Source: Selaginella moellendorffii (Eukaryota; Plantae; Lycopodiophyta). Taken from it: 64,000 nt of DNA. Position 1 is the first letter of the stretch. Every line of letters begins with the position of its first letter. A program made the position numbers and the translations under genes. The notes beneath the pieces are model-generated. The model searched no databases. It was not told the origin of the DNA and saw only the letters and a list, made by a program, of their open reading frames with translations. The DNA lies in contig NW_003314281.1 in the NCBI RefSeq assembly GCF_000143415.4, positions 1,775,882 through 1,839,881 of the forward strand. The letters run 5' to 3'. Below are positions 1-11,603 of this stretch, in pieces.

Positions 1-609
1 GCCCAGATCGGCCATCGGATGGATCGAGTGAGGCGATTCTTCGATTCCATGCCCGAGAAGGACTCCATCGCGTGGAGCGCGACGCTCGCGGCCTATGCCC
101 ACAAGGGACATCCCATCCACGCCGCGAACCTCTTCGCGGAGATCAAAGTCATGGATTCCACCGAGCAGAGCTGCTTCGCGTCGGCGATCCACGCTTGCGG
201 CCACGAGGGCGACGTGAATCGCGGCAGGCAATGCTTCGTGTCCATGGCCATGGATTTTGGAATCGAGGCGAGGAAGCAGCACTACACCTGCCTGATCGAT
301 CTCCTGGGGCGAGCTGGGTACCTGATCGCGGCGGCGGAGCTCATCGATAGCATGCCATTCGTGCCGGATTCGCTCGAGTGGACGTCGCTGCTGGGATCCG
401 CAGCGAGCTATCGCAGCGCCCAGCACGGGATCAAGGCTGCCAAGCACATCCTCCGCTCGGATCCCAAGAACACCGCCGCGTACGTGTTGCTGGGGAACCT
501 CTCCGCGAGGCAGCGATTGGAATCAATCGCGCGGATCGACCAGGAACGTCACCTGGAAGAGAGATACTCGAAACATTCCAGACTCGCCAATAGGAGTTTG
601 CCACGTTGA
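1..609 (+). CDS. PLS-class pentatricopeptide repeat protein, 3' part with E-type C-terminus (5' end probably upstream of the window)
   Basis: PPR motifs RRFFDSMPEKDSIAWSATLAAYAHKG and ACGHEG...HYTCLIDLLGRAGYL, then E-domain-like MPFVPDSLEWTSLLG...AAYVLLGN; no DYW tail. Confidence 0.9.
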   Translation, partial: AQIGHRMDRVRRFFDSMPEKDSIAWSATLAAYAHKGHPIHAANLFAEIKVMDSTEQSCFASAIHACGHEGDVNRGRQCFVSMAMDFGIEARKQHYTCLIDLLGRAGYLIAAAELIDSMPFVPDSLEWTSLLGSAASYRSAQHGIKAAKHILRSDPKNTAAYVLLGNLSARQRLESIARIDQERHLEERYSKHSRLANRSLPR

Positions 610-1093
610 GATATTTTGCCACGTTGGCAACTTCTGCGACCGGAGTGGACAGTTTCTGACCACGTCGTCGTCGGCATTACAGTCCAATTTCAAATAAATA
701 GTTTGGCGACCGCTGTACTAGATCGCATACAGCAGTGACGATCTGACGGTTCCGATACGATTGCGATTCCGAAATTTCCAGCTAATGCCTAGGCACGGAA
801 TAAAGTGTTCGTGAGAAGGAAAGGAGAGGGAAAGGGTTTCGCGCGCCTCCTCTTCTATCCATGGAAGCAAGCGATAATTTCCAGATTCACGCTTGCATCC
901 GGCGCTTCTAGCCATTGCTGGTGAGGAGCTTATTGATTTGGCCGGGAAAATCTTTGAAAATTGCGCTACATTCGTCTAATTAGGCACAGGTATAGGACAA
1001 GAGGCTTTCTCGCATGCTTTTGGGTGCTTTGACAACTCCTTGCGCAGGAATCAAGCAGGAAACCTCGAAATCTTTGATTCACAGCGCGAGACA

Positions 1094-2196
1094 ATGTCGC
1101 TGATCGAGGCGCACAACCTGAGGATCGTTGGGAATGGCCAGCGGATCGTCATCCTGAGCCATGGCTTTGGCACGGATCAATCGGTGTGGAAGCACCTCGT
1201 CCCCCACCTCGTCGATGAGTATCGCATGGTCCTCTTTGACATCATGGGCGCCGGCACCACCAACGCCGAGTTCTTCAGCTTCGAGCGCTATGCCACTCTC
1301 GCCGGCTATGCGCAGGATCTCCTCTCCATCATCGACGAGCTGGAGATCGACTCGTGCATCTACGTCGGCCACTCGGTCTCGGGCATGATCGGCTGCCTGG
1401 CCGCCGCTGCTCGCCCCGAAATCTTCTCCAAGATCATCCTTCTCTCGGCCTCTCCCAGGTAAGAAATCCAGTTTACTTTCGATTATACGCATAGATCTCT
1501 CGCGATAGATTACGCATAGATCTCTGTCTCTCTCTCTGAGCTCTCACAGAGCTCTCTCTAGCGGTTACTTAAATCACTGATAGCTTCTCTCTTCTATTCC
1601 AAGCTCTCTTCCTAGATTTCTAAGATCTCAAAGATCTCTTCCTTCTTTCTGAGATCTCCCATTCCAAATGGAGGATAGCTCTCTCTTTGGTAGTTTCTTT
1701 CTTTTGTCCATATGGAAAATGGATGGCTGATCTCGCGACTCTTCCAACTTTCTCCAGGTACTTGAACGATGAGAATTACTTCGGAGGCTTCGAGCAGCAG
1801 GATCTCAACGAGCTGTTTGACGCGATGCAATCCAACTTCAAGGCGTGGGTGTCCGGATTCGCTCCGCTGGTAGTGGGCGACGATATGGAATCGGCCACGG
1901 TCCAGGAATTCAGCCGCACGCTCTTCAACGTCCGCCCGGACATCGCCCTCGCCGTCGCCAAGAGCATCTTCCAGAGCGATTTCCGCCACATTCTTCCAGG
2001 AGTTTTTCCGCCCTGCCATATACTGCAAAGCAACAAGGATTTGGCGGTGCCCGTGGTTGTGTCCGACTACTTGGCGGCGCATTTGGGCGGAAAGACGGTG
2101 GTGGAGGTGCTCGCCGCAGAGGGGCACCTGCCACAGCTCAGCGCCCCCGATGTCGTGATCCCAGTGTTGCTACGCCATCTGGAGATGGAGATCTAG
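1094..2196 (+). CDS. KAI2: KARRIKIN INSENSITIVE2-like alpha/beta hydrolase (D14/KAI2 family), 2 exons: 1094-1458 and 1758-2196, 267 aa
   Basis: EAHNLRIVG...[10 protein letters not shown]; nucleophile GHSVS; GT..AG intron 1459-1757 splits SPR|Y at the conserved family position; catalytic Asp (KDLAVP) and His (GHLPQLS) are intact; joined frame is open. Confidence 0.95.
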
Positions 2197-2310
2197 CAGT
2201 CTCTCTTTCTTTTGAGCAAGTGATCTTAAATTTAGTTGAATTTTAGGGTTCTTGAGGTAGAATTTTAGGGTTCTTGTGCTCTACGATGATCCGGCGGCTG
2301 GTCGGGCGCA

Positions 2311-3021
2311 ATGCTGCGCATTTGCTGCGGAATCCACCACTCGGTAAGCCAATCACGGTCGCGGGGGGCCCTTTTTTATATAGATTTTCTGCCGCCAGGA
2401 TCGAGAATCGGAGCTACCCCAGTGGTGGATTATATCGCGCAATCGATTGGTGAAGCCCAGTTGCCAGGATCAAGAATCGGATCTAGATCGATCGACAGCA
2501 TGGTCCCATGGAGTGGAGCCGGCGCGAGACTCTTCGCCAAGGCGCCAAGGCAGCAGCCGATAAAAGTGGACGAGTTCCAGCACGAGGAGATCACGGGGCC
2601 GACGGTGGAGCGCGATCTCTCCGCGACGGCGAACGAGCTGCGCGAATCCATCGACTCGATGCTCCAGTCCAATGTGAAGCTCAAGCGCGCCTTGATCGCG
2701 GTGGGGCTCGCACAGCTCATCGCGGGATGGTGGGTGATTGCCAGCGATTACTCGGCGGAAACGCTGTGCCTGTGCCTCACGGCGCTGAGCGCCGGGTTGT
2801 CGCTCCATCTGGCGCTCCACCTCCACACCACGATGAAGCACGTCCCATTCTTCCAGAAGGTGGAGGAGCGCAGCCGGATGAGGATCATGACGCTGTCGAT
2901 GCAAACGATCAAGGCGGTGGCGCTGATGATGAGCCGATCGAATGTGATCACGCGCTGCACGGCGATTGGATTGCTTGGCGCTTGTCTATATGAGGCTGTC
3001 CAGCCCAAGAAGGTCGTCTAG
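2311..3021 (+). CDS. Uncharacterised plant membrane protein (2-3 hydrophobic helices, possible organellar transit peptide)
   Basis: 236-aa intronless ORF with GC3-rich codon usage; hydrophobic segments ALIAVGLAQLIAGWWV and TLCLCLTALSAGLSLHLAL; paralogous to the next gene. Confidence 0.75.
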   Translation: MLRICCGIHHSVSQSRSRGALFYIDFLPPGSRIGATPVVDYIAQSIGEAQLPGSRIGSRSIDSMVPWSGAGARLFAKAPRQQPIKVDEFQHEEITGPTVERDLSATANELRESIDSMLQSNVKLKRALIAVGLAQLIAGWWVIASDYSAETLCLCLTALSAGLSLHLALHLHTTMKHVPFFQKVEERSRMRIMTLSMQTIKAVALMMSRSNVITRCTAIGLLGACLYEAVQPKKVV

Positions 3022-3085
3022 AACCCTAAAAGATAGAAAAGCCCCCATTTTCTTTCGACTAGCCTAGGGTTTAAGGATCGAGGCG

Positions 3086-3811
3086 ATGATTCGAGGAGGA
3101 GCTCGGCGCCTGGCGGCGGCGCTGATCCGCCATGAGTCTGGTGAGCTCTCCAAGCGGCCTGCATTGCCAGATGCCAGTGTTCTTGCAGGTTGCGCGAGAA
3201 AGATTTCGACCCCGATTCTCGCGAATGCCCGGTGTTTCGATCCAAATTTCTCGCCATGGAGGAGGTTGGCTCCAATCGGGGGCAGTCTTCGGCCCTTCTC
3301 CGCCGGATCCGGGGTAGGCAAGGGTGAGGAGCGATCGATCGAGGCTGAGGAGATCTTTCTCGTCCAGGAGAAGCTAAACATGCCGCCAGGAGAGGGAGAA
3401 GAGGAGGAGCTCACTCCCGCAGCGGCGAGGGAAGCTGCCGACGCCGACGAATTCAAGGGCCGATACGAGCTGATGCAGGCAATGAGCTCCAAGCTCCAGC
3501 ATTCCATCGTGGCGATGGGCGCGCTCCAGCTGCTGAGCGGCTGGTGGATCGTGGCCACCAAGTACGAGGCGCACACGCTCTACTTCTTCTTCACGGGGCT
3601 CAGCGCCACGCTCTCGTTCCAGATCGCGTATTTGCTCCACGGCGCGCTCAAGCCGCCGGCCAAGCTCGCGGATTCGAAGGTCTTGACGCTGCCGCTGGTG
3701 TCCGTGAGATCCATGGCCAATTTCCTGGCGAGGACGCATCTGATCATGTGTATCTCCGCCACCGGCCTGGCGGGCGCCTTCGCCTACGAGGTGGCTCCAT
3801 CGCTCTTTTGA
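3086..3811 (+). CDS. Tandem paralogue of 2311-3021; R/S-rich N-terminus resembles a mitochondrial presequence
   Basis: SIVAMGALQLLSGWWIVATKYEAHTL...LSATLSFQIAYLLH aligns with LIAVGLAQLIAGWWVIASDYSAETL...LSAGLSLHLALHLH; both end G(A/L)xGAxxYE. Confidence 0.75.
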   Translation: MIRGGARRLAAALIRHESGELSKRPALPDASVLAGCARKISTPILANARCFDPNFSPWRRLAPIGGSLRPFSAGSGVGKGEERSIEAEEIFLVQEKLNMPPGEGEEEELTPAAAREAADADEFKGRYELMQAMSSKLQHSIVAMGALQLLSGWWIVATKYEAHTLYFFFTGLSATLSFQIAYLLHGALKPPAKLADSKVLTLPLVSVRSMANFLARTHLIMCISATGLAGAFAYEVAPSLF

Positions 3812-3890
3812 TCAAGCTCAAGAACAGCATATTCGGCTGGAGATTCTCCCGCCACTTGGCCATTAGAGTTAGGGCTGGCAGGCAACGAGA

Positions 3891-6333
3891 ATGAGCGACG
3901 CGGGCGATGGCGAACAAGCCGCGTAAGCACTTCCTCTCTCTCTCTTTCTCTTTCTCTTCTCCTTCTCCCCATTGTTTCTTCTCAAAAGTTCTCCATTGTT
4001 TCTCATCTATCTCTCTCTTTTAATTCTCTCATCGTTCTCCTTGTTTCCTTCTATCCTCTTGACTAAAGCTTTTACCACCTCGATTGATCCAGACGTGTCC
4101 CGGAGGCCTTGCAGTGTTGATTGGCGCAAGGCGCTCGAGGTGCCCCAGGAGATCAGTGCCATTCTCGACAAGTTCCGGGAGCGTGAGCTGCTGCTGGCCA
4201 AATGCGTGACCAAGGGCAGCGTCGGGATCCCCTTTTTCAACCAGATGCCGTGCATGCTCTTCCACCGGCTCACCTCTTTCGACTACAGCAATGCCCAGAA
4301 TCTGAGCTTGCAAGTCGCCAAAGCTCGCGATGGCGGTGGCAGGCTTGTGATTTGCGCTGGAAGCACCGGGTGTGGAAAGACAAAGTCGCTCTACACGTTC
4401 TTCTCCAAGCAAGTAAGTTCTTTTCTCTCTTCATCTAGCTCTAAAACTTTGGTCACAGGAGCGAGGATTGCTTTTCACAACCAGCACTGTCGGCAGTGGC
4501 GGATCTTCCGACCTGGAGTTTCTCATGAACGAGGTTCTCCCCAAACACCTGGAGCAGAAAAACTACTATCAGAACTCGGTGGTGGTCAAGTTTTTCACGC
4601 TGCTGCTGCTGGTGGTGAGGATGTCGATCCTGTCGCTGTGCCGGGACTTTGATCTAGAAAAGTGGCTCATCTTCCAGGGGGGATGCAAAGGGCTCTACCA
4701 CCCCGACGCCAATCTGGCCGACGACACGGACGTGTTTCGGATCTTCCTCGCCGCGGTGTGCCGGAAAGCCGATACTCTGGCCCCGGAGAACTTCGTCAAG
4801 GAGATCCCGGCGCTGCAAAAGGTGCTGGACGACCTGTGCATGCCTTTCGAAGACCGGCTCCCCACCATCGCCATCGACGAAGCCCACAAGCTGGTGAGCG
4901 CGTTCGAGGACGACTTTTTCGTCTCTCGCCGGCCTTTCTACCGCGACGTGGTGAACTTCTTGCTGGAGCCGACGCTGGCCCAGACCAAGCACGTAGTTGT
5001 AGTTTCAGGGACAGGATACACGCTGAGATACGAGGGCGGGAACCCGACAAGGCCTCCGGTCTGTGGTGATTTCGGGTGCTGGAAGAGCGGACGGGAGATG
5101 ATCGAGTTCACGGAACAGGCGGTAGAGTTGACGGAGGAAGATCGCAGCGGGATACAGGAAATTTATCCGAGGTTTAAAGGGAGGTTTAGGCCCTTCGTCC
5201 AGGTGGTAGAAACAGCTCTCAACAGAGTGTGGAGCATCAAGGAAGCGGCATTCTTCGTGGAGAGACTACTGACAACCGAGGGAGGAGCGCCGCAGGGGTA
5301 CTACAGGAAACTCGCGGAGCTCTCGCAGAGAACTGCGCTCATCGGCTTCATGAAGAGGGCCGTGATCAGCTACTTTTGCCTCGGGAGGGGCATCAAGATC
5401 CATGACACGCAGTCCGAGTCTCACAGGGTGGAGGAGATTGTGGACGCTGGTTTTGGCCGGCTGGTTGCGGGCGAGAGCGGGGGTCACTACGTAGCGGTGG
5501 ACGAGTTCCTGGTGTTGCGAGCGGCGGCAAACTTCTTCCGGGACGTGACGCAGGGGAAGACCAGCTTGAGCTTGAAGGACGAGCTCCTGTCTCGCATTGG
5601 CCCCGACATGGAGCCGTGCACGAGCCACCAGGGGTTCTTGTACCAGAACTTTGGCCCGTTTGCGTTCCAGCGGATGTGGAAGCAGCACGGCGGGGTGATG
5701 CAAAACATGCCGCTGTTCTCCAAGATCTTGGGCGCTGACGGATGCCCCGAGCCGCTCAAGGCGGTGGCGGCGCTCAAGAGCGAGATCCTCGAGGGGCAGT
5801 CGGCGGTGTGCGCGAGCTGCGAGGGATACAGCCTCCGGGAATTTCTTTTGGAGCGGTCCAAACCGGCCGAGGAGCGGAGGTGCACCACCTTTGTGTGCCC
5901 CGAGCTGCTCGGTCCCAACGCTGCGTTCCGGATCGGATTCGAGAGAGAAGGAGGAGAAGCGGAAGCTCCCAGCGTCCAGTTCGATGGGTTTGATCAGTAC
6001 AGCTACTGGATGCACCAGCTGAGCCAGGCCGAGCTCGAGGAAGCGATCTCCAGGTCAGGGATCCGGGAAGAACAGCGGGAGGAGTTTGAGCTGTGCGAGA
6101 AGGTCCAGCTTTGCTTTTTGTATCTCTATCCGTGCAGCTATCCTGAGCACTACGTTTTCAAGGCCAGAGGTGACGCGGTGCAGGTGGTTTGTTTCATCCA
6201 CGCCGACAATGCCCAGTTTATCTTCAATTCGGCCGAGCTGGAGTTACTGGATTTGATCGGCCGGGACGATAGTGTGGAGGAAGTGGACGATAATTGTGGT
6301 GATACTTCCAGTGAAGAGTATCCATTTTTCTGA
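3891..6333 (+). CDS. P-loop NTPase, fungal/Crinkler-associated-like. Predicted exons 3891-3922, 4115-4412, 4459-6333 (alternative start ATG 3907 with acceptor 4092)
   Basis: Walker A GSTGCGKT (~4358-4381). The 46-bp GTAAGT..CAG intron 4413-4458 joins in frame to give SKQ|ERGLLFT..GSSDL. Walker B TIAIDEAH, then VVVSGTG and GRFRP motifs. CT-rich first intron starts at 3923. Confidence 0.75.
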
Positions 6334-6679
6334 TTAACATAACCAAGTTTTAGATTGAGAGAAAAAAATTACACCAACCTTAGACAAATTAGTAAGTTTT
6401 CAAATTAGTAAAAGTAAAACTAATTTTAAAAAACATAGAATTAATTAGTCAGATTTTATTTAGTGGTATGGACAGTATAATCAAAAGGTATATGATCACA
6501 ATTTTGGGGAAAGTACATATCTCAAGAGGGAAGTGTACCTAGGATAGGTGGTTTGAAAAAAAGTTGAACTCTTCTAAACTATATGAAAAAAAGAATACAG
6601 ATGTGTTTAAATTATTATATATTTTGAGCAGAACTTTTTTCTTATATATAGAAGATATATATTTTATATATAAGAGGAT

Positions 6680-7200
6680 TATTCTTCTTTCTTTCCACAA
6701 TCCAGAACTTTAGGATGACATTTCAAAACATTATGGTCTTATATGAACTTAATGGGTACTCTCCCCACCTTCCACCTTTAAGTGCTTTACCCATGTGGTT
6801 AGAGCAAAGTTTTAATGAGCCATATTAGTTATCTAAATAAATAGTGCCACCCACACTTGATAGGAAGCATTAACCATTTGATCTCTTAGGGGAACTAAAA
6901 TTGACTCTTGAACATTTTAGCAAACTACTCTACTTGTCTTTCAATGTTCACTTTAACCTTAGACTTCTCAATGGTTATAACATCATCACACTCTTTTCTG
7001 GCCAAAGTTGTTCTATTATAGTCCAACCCCCAAACTCTCTCTACTATTTCTCTACTATACTTTTGGAACCACCTATAGCAGATTATACTATTTTCATCCT
7101 TAGCACCAAGCTCATATTTGTCAATGGTTTAACACTAAAAACCCACTATCCTTGCCTATCCTCTAAGGAGTATAGTTGCATTAACTTAAATTCTTATTAG
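6680..7200 (-). mobile_element. Degenerate LTR-retrotransposon-derived fragment
   Basis: GGGTACTCTCCCCACCTTCCA (~6754-6774) is the reverse complement of a motif at ~41026-41045 and ~53765-53786 inside LTR debris; AT-rich with no intact ORF. Confidence 0.4.
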
Positions 7201-7744
7201 ACCGTTTTCTCCTTTTGTTCATTTAGTTATTGTGTGGACTATACTTGAGCTTACGAGTTGAAGTGAGCTCAAGTTTTAATTGTAGTTTAATACAAACATT
7301 AAAAACTTTAAAATATTAAGGTTATGGTGACCTTAATAATCTCATAACTCTCTACATATTATATAGATAAAAATGTTCTAAAGGACACTTCTTGTTTTAA
7401 CAATTTAAATATTTACTACATGCCATAATAGGGATGTTTGTTAGAACATAAAACAAAATGTTTACAGAAAAAATATTCTTGTCACTTCCTTAAATCTGTA
7501 CTCTATGCTTTCTGGCTAATAAATGTTAGGTTGTCAGAATTAAAAAATTATTAAATTTGAAATAAGATTCTATGTAATGCAATATAACCTTGAAAAGAAA
7601 AAAAAAACCATTGATGTAAATTTATTGCATATAAAAGAAAGACTTGGTTTTTTTCTAGAATACATTCTTGAGGGGTTTATCATAATATACTATCTAGAAT
7701 TTATAGATCTTCATTCACACTTTTATTCAAAGAGGGGAAATACA

Positions 7745-8201
7745 CACAATATGTTTTAGTGTTGGTAATTTTAACTTTTACAAAAAAAATTTCAAGGATT
7801 CAAAGGCTAAGAGATGTAATAACTATCCCTTTCAACAACATAACCAAACCACATTAGAGAATAAAAGAGAAAATAATGAGGATAGTGATCATGAGTTGAA
7901 GATAAATGTAATGACAAAGGGTGCAACAAATTGGGTGAAAAAGAATGCCCTCTTTCTTGTTTTAAAAAATTGCAATTTTGTGACTTTCAAAAAATATTCT
8001 ATATGTTTTCTAGCTTCTAATGAAAATAATGACAATGATCAGTATGATGGTATATATATTCTCGCAACACATTGCAATATTATGCACTCGATAGACTACC
8101 ATAAAATATTTTTTGAGATGGTAAAGACAGAAATAGAGACATATGAGTACTATAGGCAATATTGTGAAAAGATCACTTGCAAGTATATAAAACATTTTTG
8201 A
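7745..8201 (+). pseudogene. Degenerate copy of zinc-finger ORF A
   Basis: Matches 11060-11512 (NWVKKNAL...YDGIYILATHC); CPIC has decayed to YSIC. Confidence 0.8.
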
Positions 8202-8289
8202 AATGAAAAAACATTTTATATTAATTATATAAAGTATAATAAGTTTATATTATTGATAAAGAATAAACATCAATAGTGTTGGAAAATCT

Positions 8290-10518
8290 AGTTAGCTCCA
8301 AAAAATTCTTACAACTTAGTAATAGTAAAGCTTACTTGGTGTATATGAATATCCACTTTAGAATCCTGGTGCAAAATGTTAATGAAGATGTAGTACATAT
8401 GCTTACAAAGAGCATCTGCCTTCCTATGTTCCTTGCACTTTGTAAAGTCTACAAGAAGGAAAGTCTTAAATGGCAATTATGTACTCTCCACCTTCTGTTT
8501 TAACTATGTACTCATTTGCAAACACAGTAATGTACTTCGTGGAAAGAATCTCACACTCAAGTGTTTGAGCAAAGTTTATTTTACCTTGCTTCTACTTGGA
8601 GATAATACTAATAAATTTAATTGTTTTACCTTTCCTTGCTGGCCTTCTATATATCTTTGTATGAATATTCCTCATTCTATCACTCATGTCTCCAAATCTC
8701 CTTTCAAGATTGAAACCAGATTTCTCAAGGTTTTTAATCTCATCCAAGGTGAGCACGACCCCATTAGCAACCAGCCATTCTTTAAATACTGCATTAGGTT
8801 TAGTCACTATAGTGTCTTCAAGCCACTTCTTATAGTTGGCATCGGTGTTGCAACAATATAGTTAGCACCATCTCGAAAATCTTGCTTGCTTTCATTCTCC
8901 ATAGAAACATGGGGCTAGAATAAAAGAAAATTTATCACCATGAATCCAGACCCAACACTTGCCCCTCAGAAGCATCCTTATACATATTATATTTGATTTT
9001 TCTAACATGCATCAGATTGCCCATTGCTTCAGCTCCACGTTACGGTAAACAATTTCAACCTGTTGTGATGCACTTTCTTCATTAGCCACTTGAGGCTCAA
9101 TCCAAGAGTAATGTCTTGGAGTAGAATGGTATTTGATATCAAGCCTATGAGAGCTTTTCGCTCCAAGATCCACACCAACATTTTCACCAATAAAGGAAAA
9201 ACGATGCTTTGAGTGGATAGCCTTTATATCACCAATAGAAGCCTAGGGAGTGTATTCTATAGATGTGCTATGGACCACTTCCTCAACTGCAATTACCACT
9301 GTTCGGGCGGGTGGAGTTAATTTTCTCTTCATCCTATCATGTAATATATCAACAGAAGGCCTTGTTCCCACATATCTTCCTTCCTTGAATGCCAATGCTT
9401 TTAAAGATTGTTTTATAGCACATATCAAATCTGATAGATAAACTTCATATAAACTCATCTTCCCTTTCACTACCTCAAAGGAATGCCAAATCCAGTGCTT
9501 ACTTTCGGAGAGATTCACAGTTAGGGTGTACGCGAGGTCCTCAAATGGTTGATCATAATGGAAAAGGCAATATTAAAAAATAATAAAATGAGAAAAAATA
9601 AATAAAAACCAACCTAAAAAGAGTGATATCCCCACTGGAACATCCTAACTTCCTACCACCCTAACTACGACTCAAGTTGTGGTAGACAACTTACGTCTGT
9701 ATGGCCATCTTCACACCACCACATTTGAATCTCATTTGCTTTTGCCTCATGCTTTTTTTCAGAAGATGCAACCTGCCATTGTTTGCACAACTCCTTAAAT
9801 ATTGATTGAAACTCTGGCTTAATAAGGCGGTAGTGTTGATTTAGGTTTTGAGCGCAATGGAACTCATAAGTCTTCTCACCTTTCAATAGTTGACCATTCC
9901 CAAAAATTGCTTAGACACCATTCTAGTTTGCACTAGCCCCATCTACCATGAAACTATGAAAGTTTGCAGGCCTACCAGTCCGCTTTAGGACAATATCAAA
10001 GAGGGACTTTCAAAATATTTCATGGGCTGTTTGGTCTTGTAGTTTAAACTCTACTATTGCAATTGTTAAGTTATTATGTAGCCAGTGAAAACATAAATAT
10101 TATAACAATTTCAATATAATGAGAATAAAAATTACCTTGGATCACACACATGAGCTTCTATAGTTGTCCAACCCAATACACGCTCCATATGGTCAAAATG
10201 TACCTATGCATTTGCAAGGTCACTAGACCTAAACATGTCAATTCGGGAGGCAAGGTCTACATCAAATGCAAGGCCCATGGTAGATATTTTGAAGATGAAG
10301 AGGTGCTCCTGCTCATTCACAATTTAGTCTGGAAACAAACTTCTATAGATGAACTCGTATGGATAGATCCATTTCAATTCAAGGATGAAGTTAATTTTTT
10401 ATTGTAACTTCCCCTCTTGAGATTCACACATCCAAGATTTTATCCTAAACAATATAATGTAAGAAAAAAAAAATTATAGCGTATGAAATATAACAAATGT
10501 ACCTTCTTAGGCTAGTAG
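8290..10518 (-). pseudogene. Outer-copy transposase, 3' exons (DDE core and SWIM region)
   Basis: Fragments such as NLSESKHW and EFHCAQ are colinear with 11604-13850; the SWIM CTCP segment is partly deleted. Confidence 0.85.
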
Positions 10519-10577
10519 GGGCACGGACCATACTTGAGCTCACGAGTTGAAGAGTTGAGCTCACGAGTTGAGCTCAA
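10519..10577 (+). repeat. Left TIR plus subterminal GAGTTGAGCTCAC repeats
   Basis: Three TTGAGCTCA palindromic cores, mirrored at 23078-23143. Confidence 0.85.
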
Positions 10578-11059
10578 TTTTCAATTGTAATTTAGTACAA
10601 ACATTATAAATTTTAAAATTTTAAGGTTATGGTGAACCTAATAATTTAATAACTCTCTATATATTATATAGATAAAAATTTTCTAAAGAACACATTTTGT
10701 TCTAATAATTTAAATATTTACTACATGCAATGATAGGGACATTTGTTAGAACATAAAATAAAATGTTTGAAAAAAGAGTATTCTTGTCACTTCTTTAAAT
10801 TTGTACTCTATGCTTTTTGGCTAGTAAATGTTAGGTTTGTCAGAATTAAAAAATTATTAAATTTGAAATAAGATCTATGTGAAGTCATATAACCGTTTGA
10901 AAGGAAAAAAAATAACCGTTGATGTAAGCTTATTGCATATAAAAGAAAGACTTGGTTCTTTGTAGAATACATTCTTGAGGGGTTTGTCGTAGCATATTGT
11001 CTAGAATTTATAGATCTTCATTCACACTCTCATTCGAAAAAAGGGAAATACACCCACAA

Positions 11060-11512
11060 ATGTCTATGGGTTCTAGTGTTGGTAATTTTAACTCTCACAA
11101 TCTTTCTTCCCAGGGCTCAAGGGCTAGGAGATGCAATAACTATCCCATTGCACAGCATAACCAAATCACACAAGAGAATGAAAGAGAGGATAGTGAGGAT
11201 AGTGATCATGAGTTGGAGATAAATGCAATGACAGAGGGTGCAACAAATTGGGTGAAAAAGAATGCCCTCTTACTTGTTTTAGAAAAATGCAATTCTGCCA
11301 CTTTCAAGAAGTGCCCCATATGTTTTCTAGCGTCTGGTGGAAACAATAGCAATGATCAGTATGATGGTATATATGCTCTTGCGACACACTGCAACATCAC
11401 GCACCCGAAAGACTACCATGAAATCTTTTTTGAGATGGTAAAGACAGAAATGGAGACACACGAGTACTATGGGCAGTATTGCGAGAAGAACACTCGGAAG
11501 CATATAAAATGA
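11060..11512 (+). CDS. Transposon accessory ORF A, 150 aa, C-x2-C...H...H zinc finger (zf-XS-like)
   Basis: Open ORF from ATG 11060; CPICFLASGGNNSNDQYDGIYALATHCNITHPKDYH; paralogous to 21389-21934. Confidence 0.7.
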   Translation: MSMGSSVGNFNSHNLSSQGSRARRCNNYPIAQHNQITQENEREDSEDSDHELEINAMTEGATNWVKKNALLLVLEKCNSATFKKCPICFLASGGNNSNDQYDGIYALATHCNITHPKDYHEIFFEMVKTEMETHEYYGQYCEKNTRKHIK

Positions 11513-11603
11513 AAAGTGAAATGAAAAAGCACATTTGTATTAATTATATAAAGTATAATAAGTTTTATTGATAGAGAATAAACATCGATAGTGTTAGAGA
11601 AAT

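Larger units (their letters stand above)
7230..10518. mobile_element. Older (outer) copy of the Mutator-like element, left part: eroded TIR, zinc-finger ORF A remnant, 3' part of transposase
   Basis: Colinear with 10519-13850; starts with eroded TIR TGTGTGGACTATACTTGAGCTTACGAGTTG; ends at TSD GCTAGTAG 10511-10518; many stop codons from C>T/G>A changes. Confidence 0.9.

Noticed and set aside
3972-4092. Signal peptide at the start of ORF 3972
   Set aside because: Non-ATG start, and it translates a CT-rich stretch that lies within the predicted first intron.
72-6015. Numerous overlapping and antisense ORFs in the gene island
   Set aside because: Expected shadows of GC3-rich coding sequence; no motifs.
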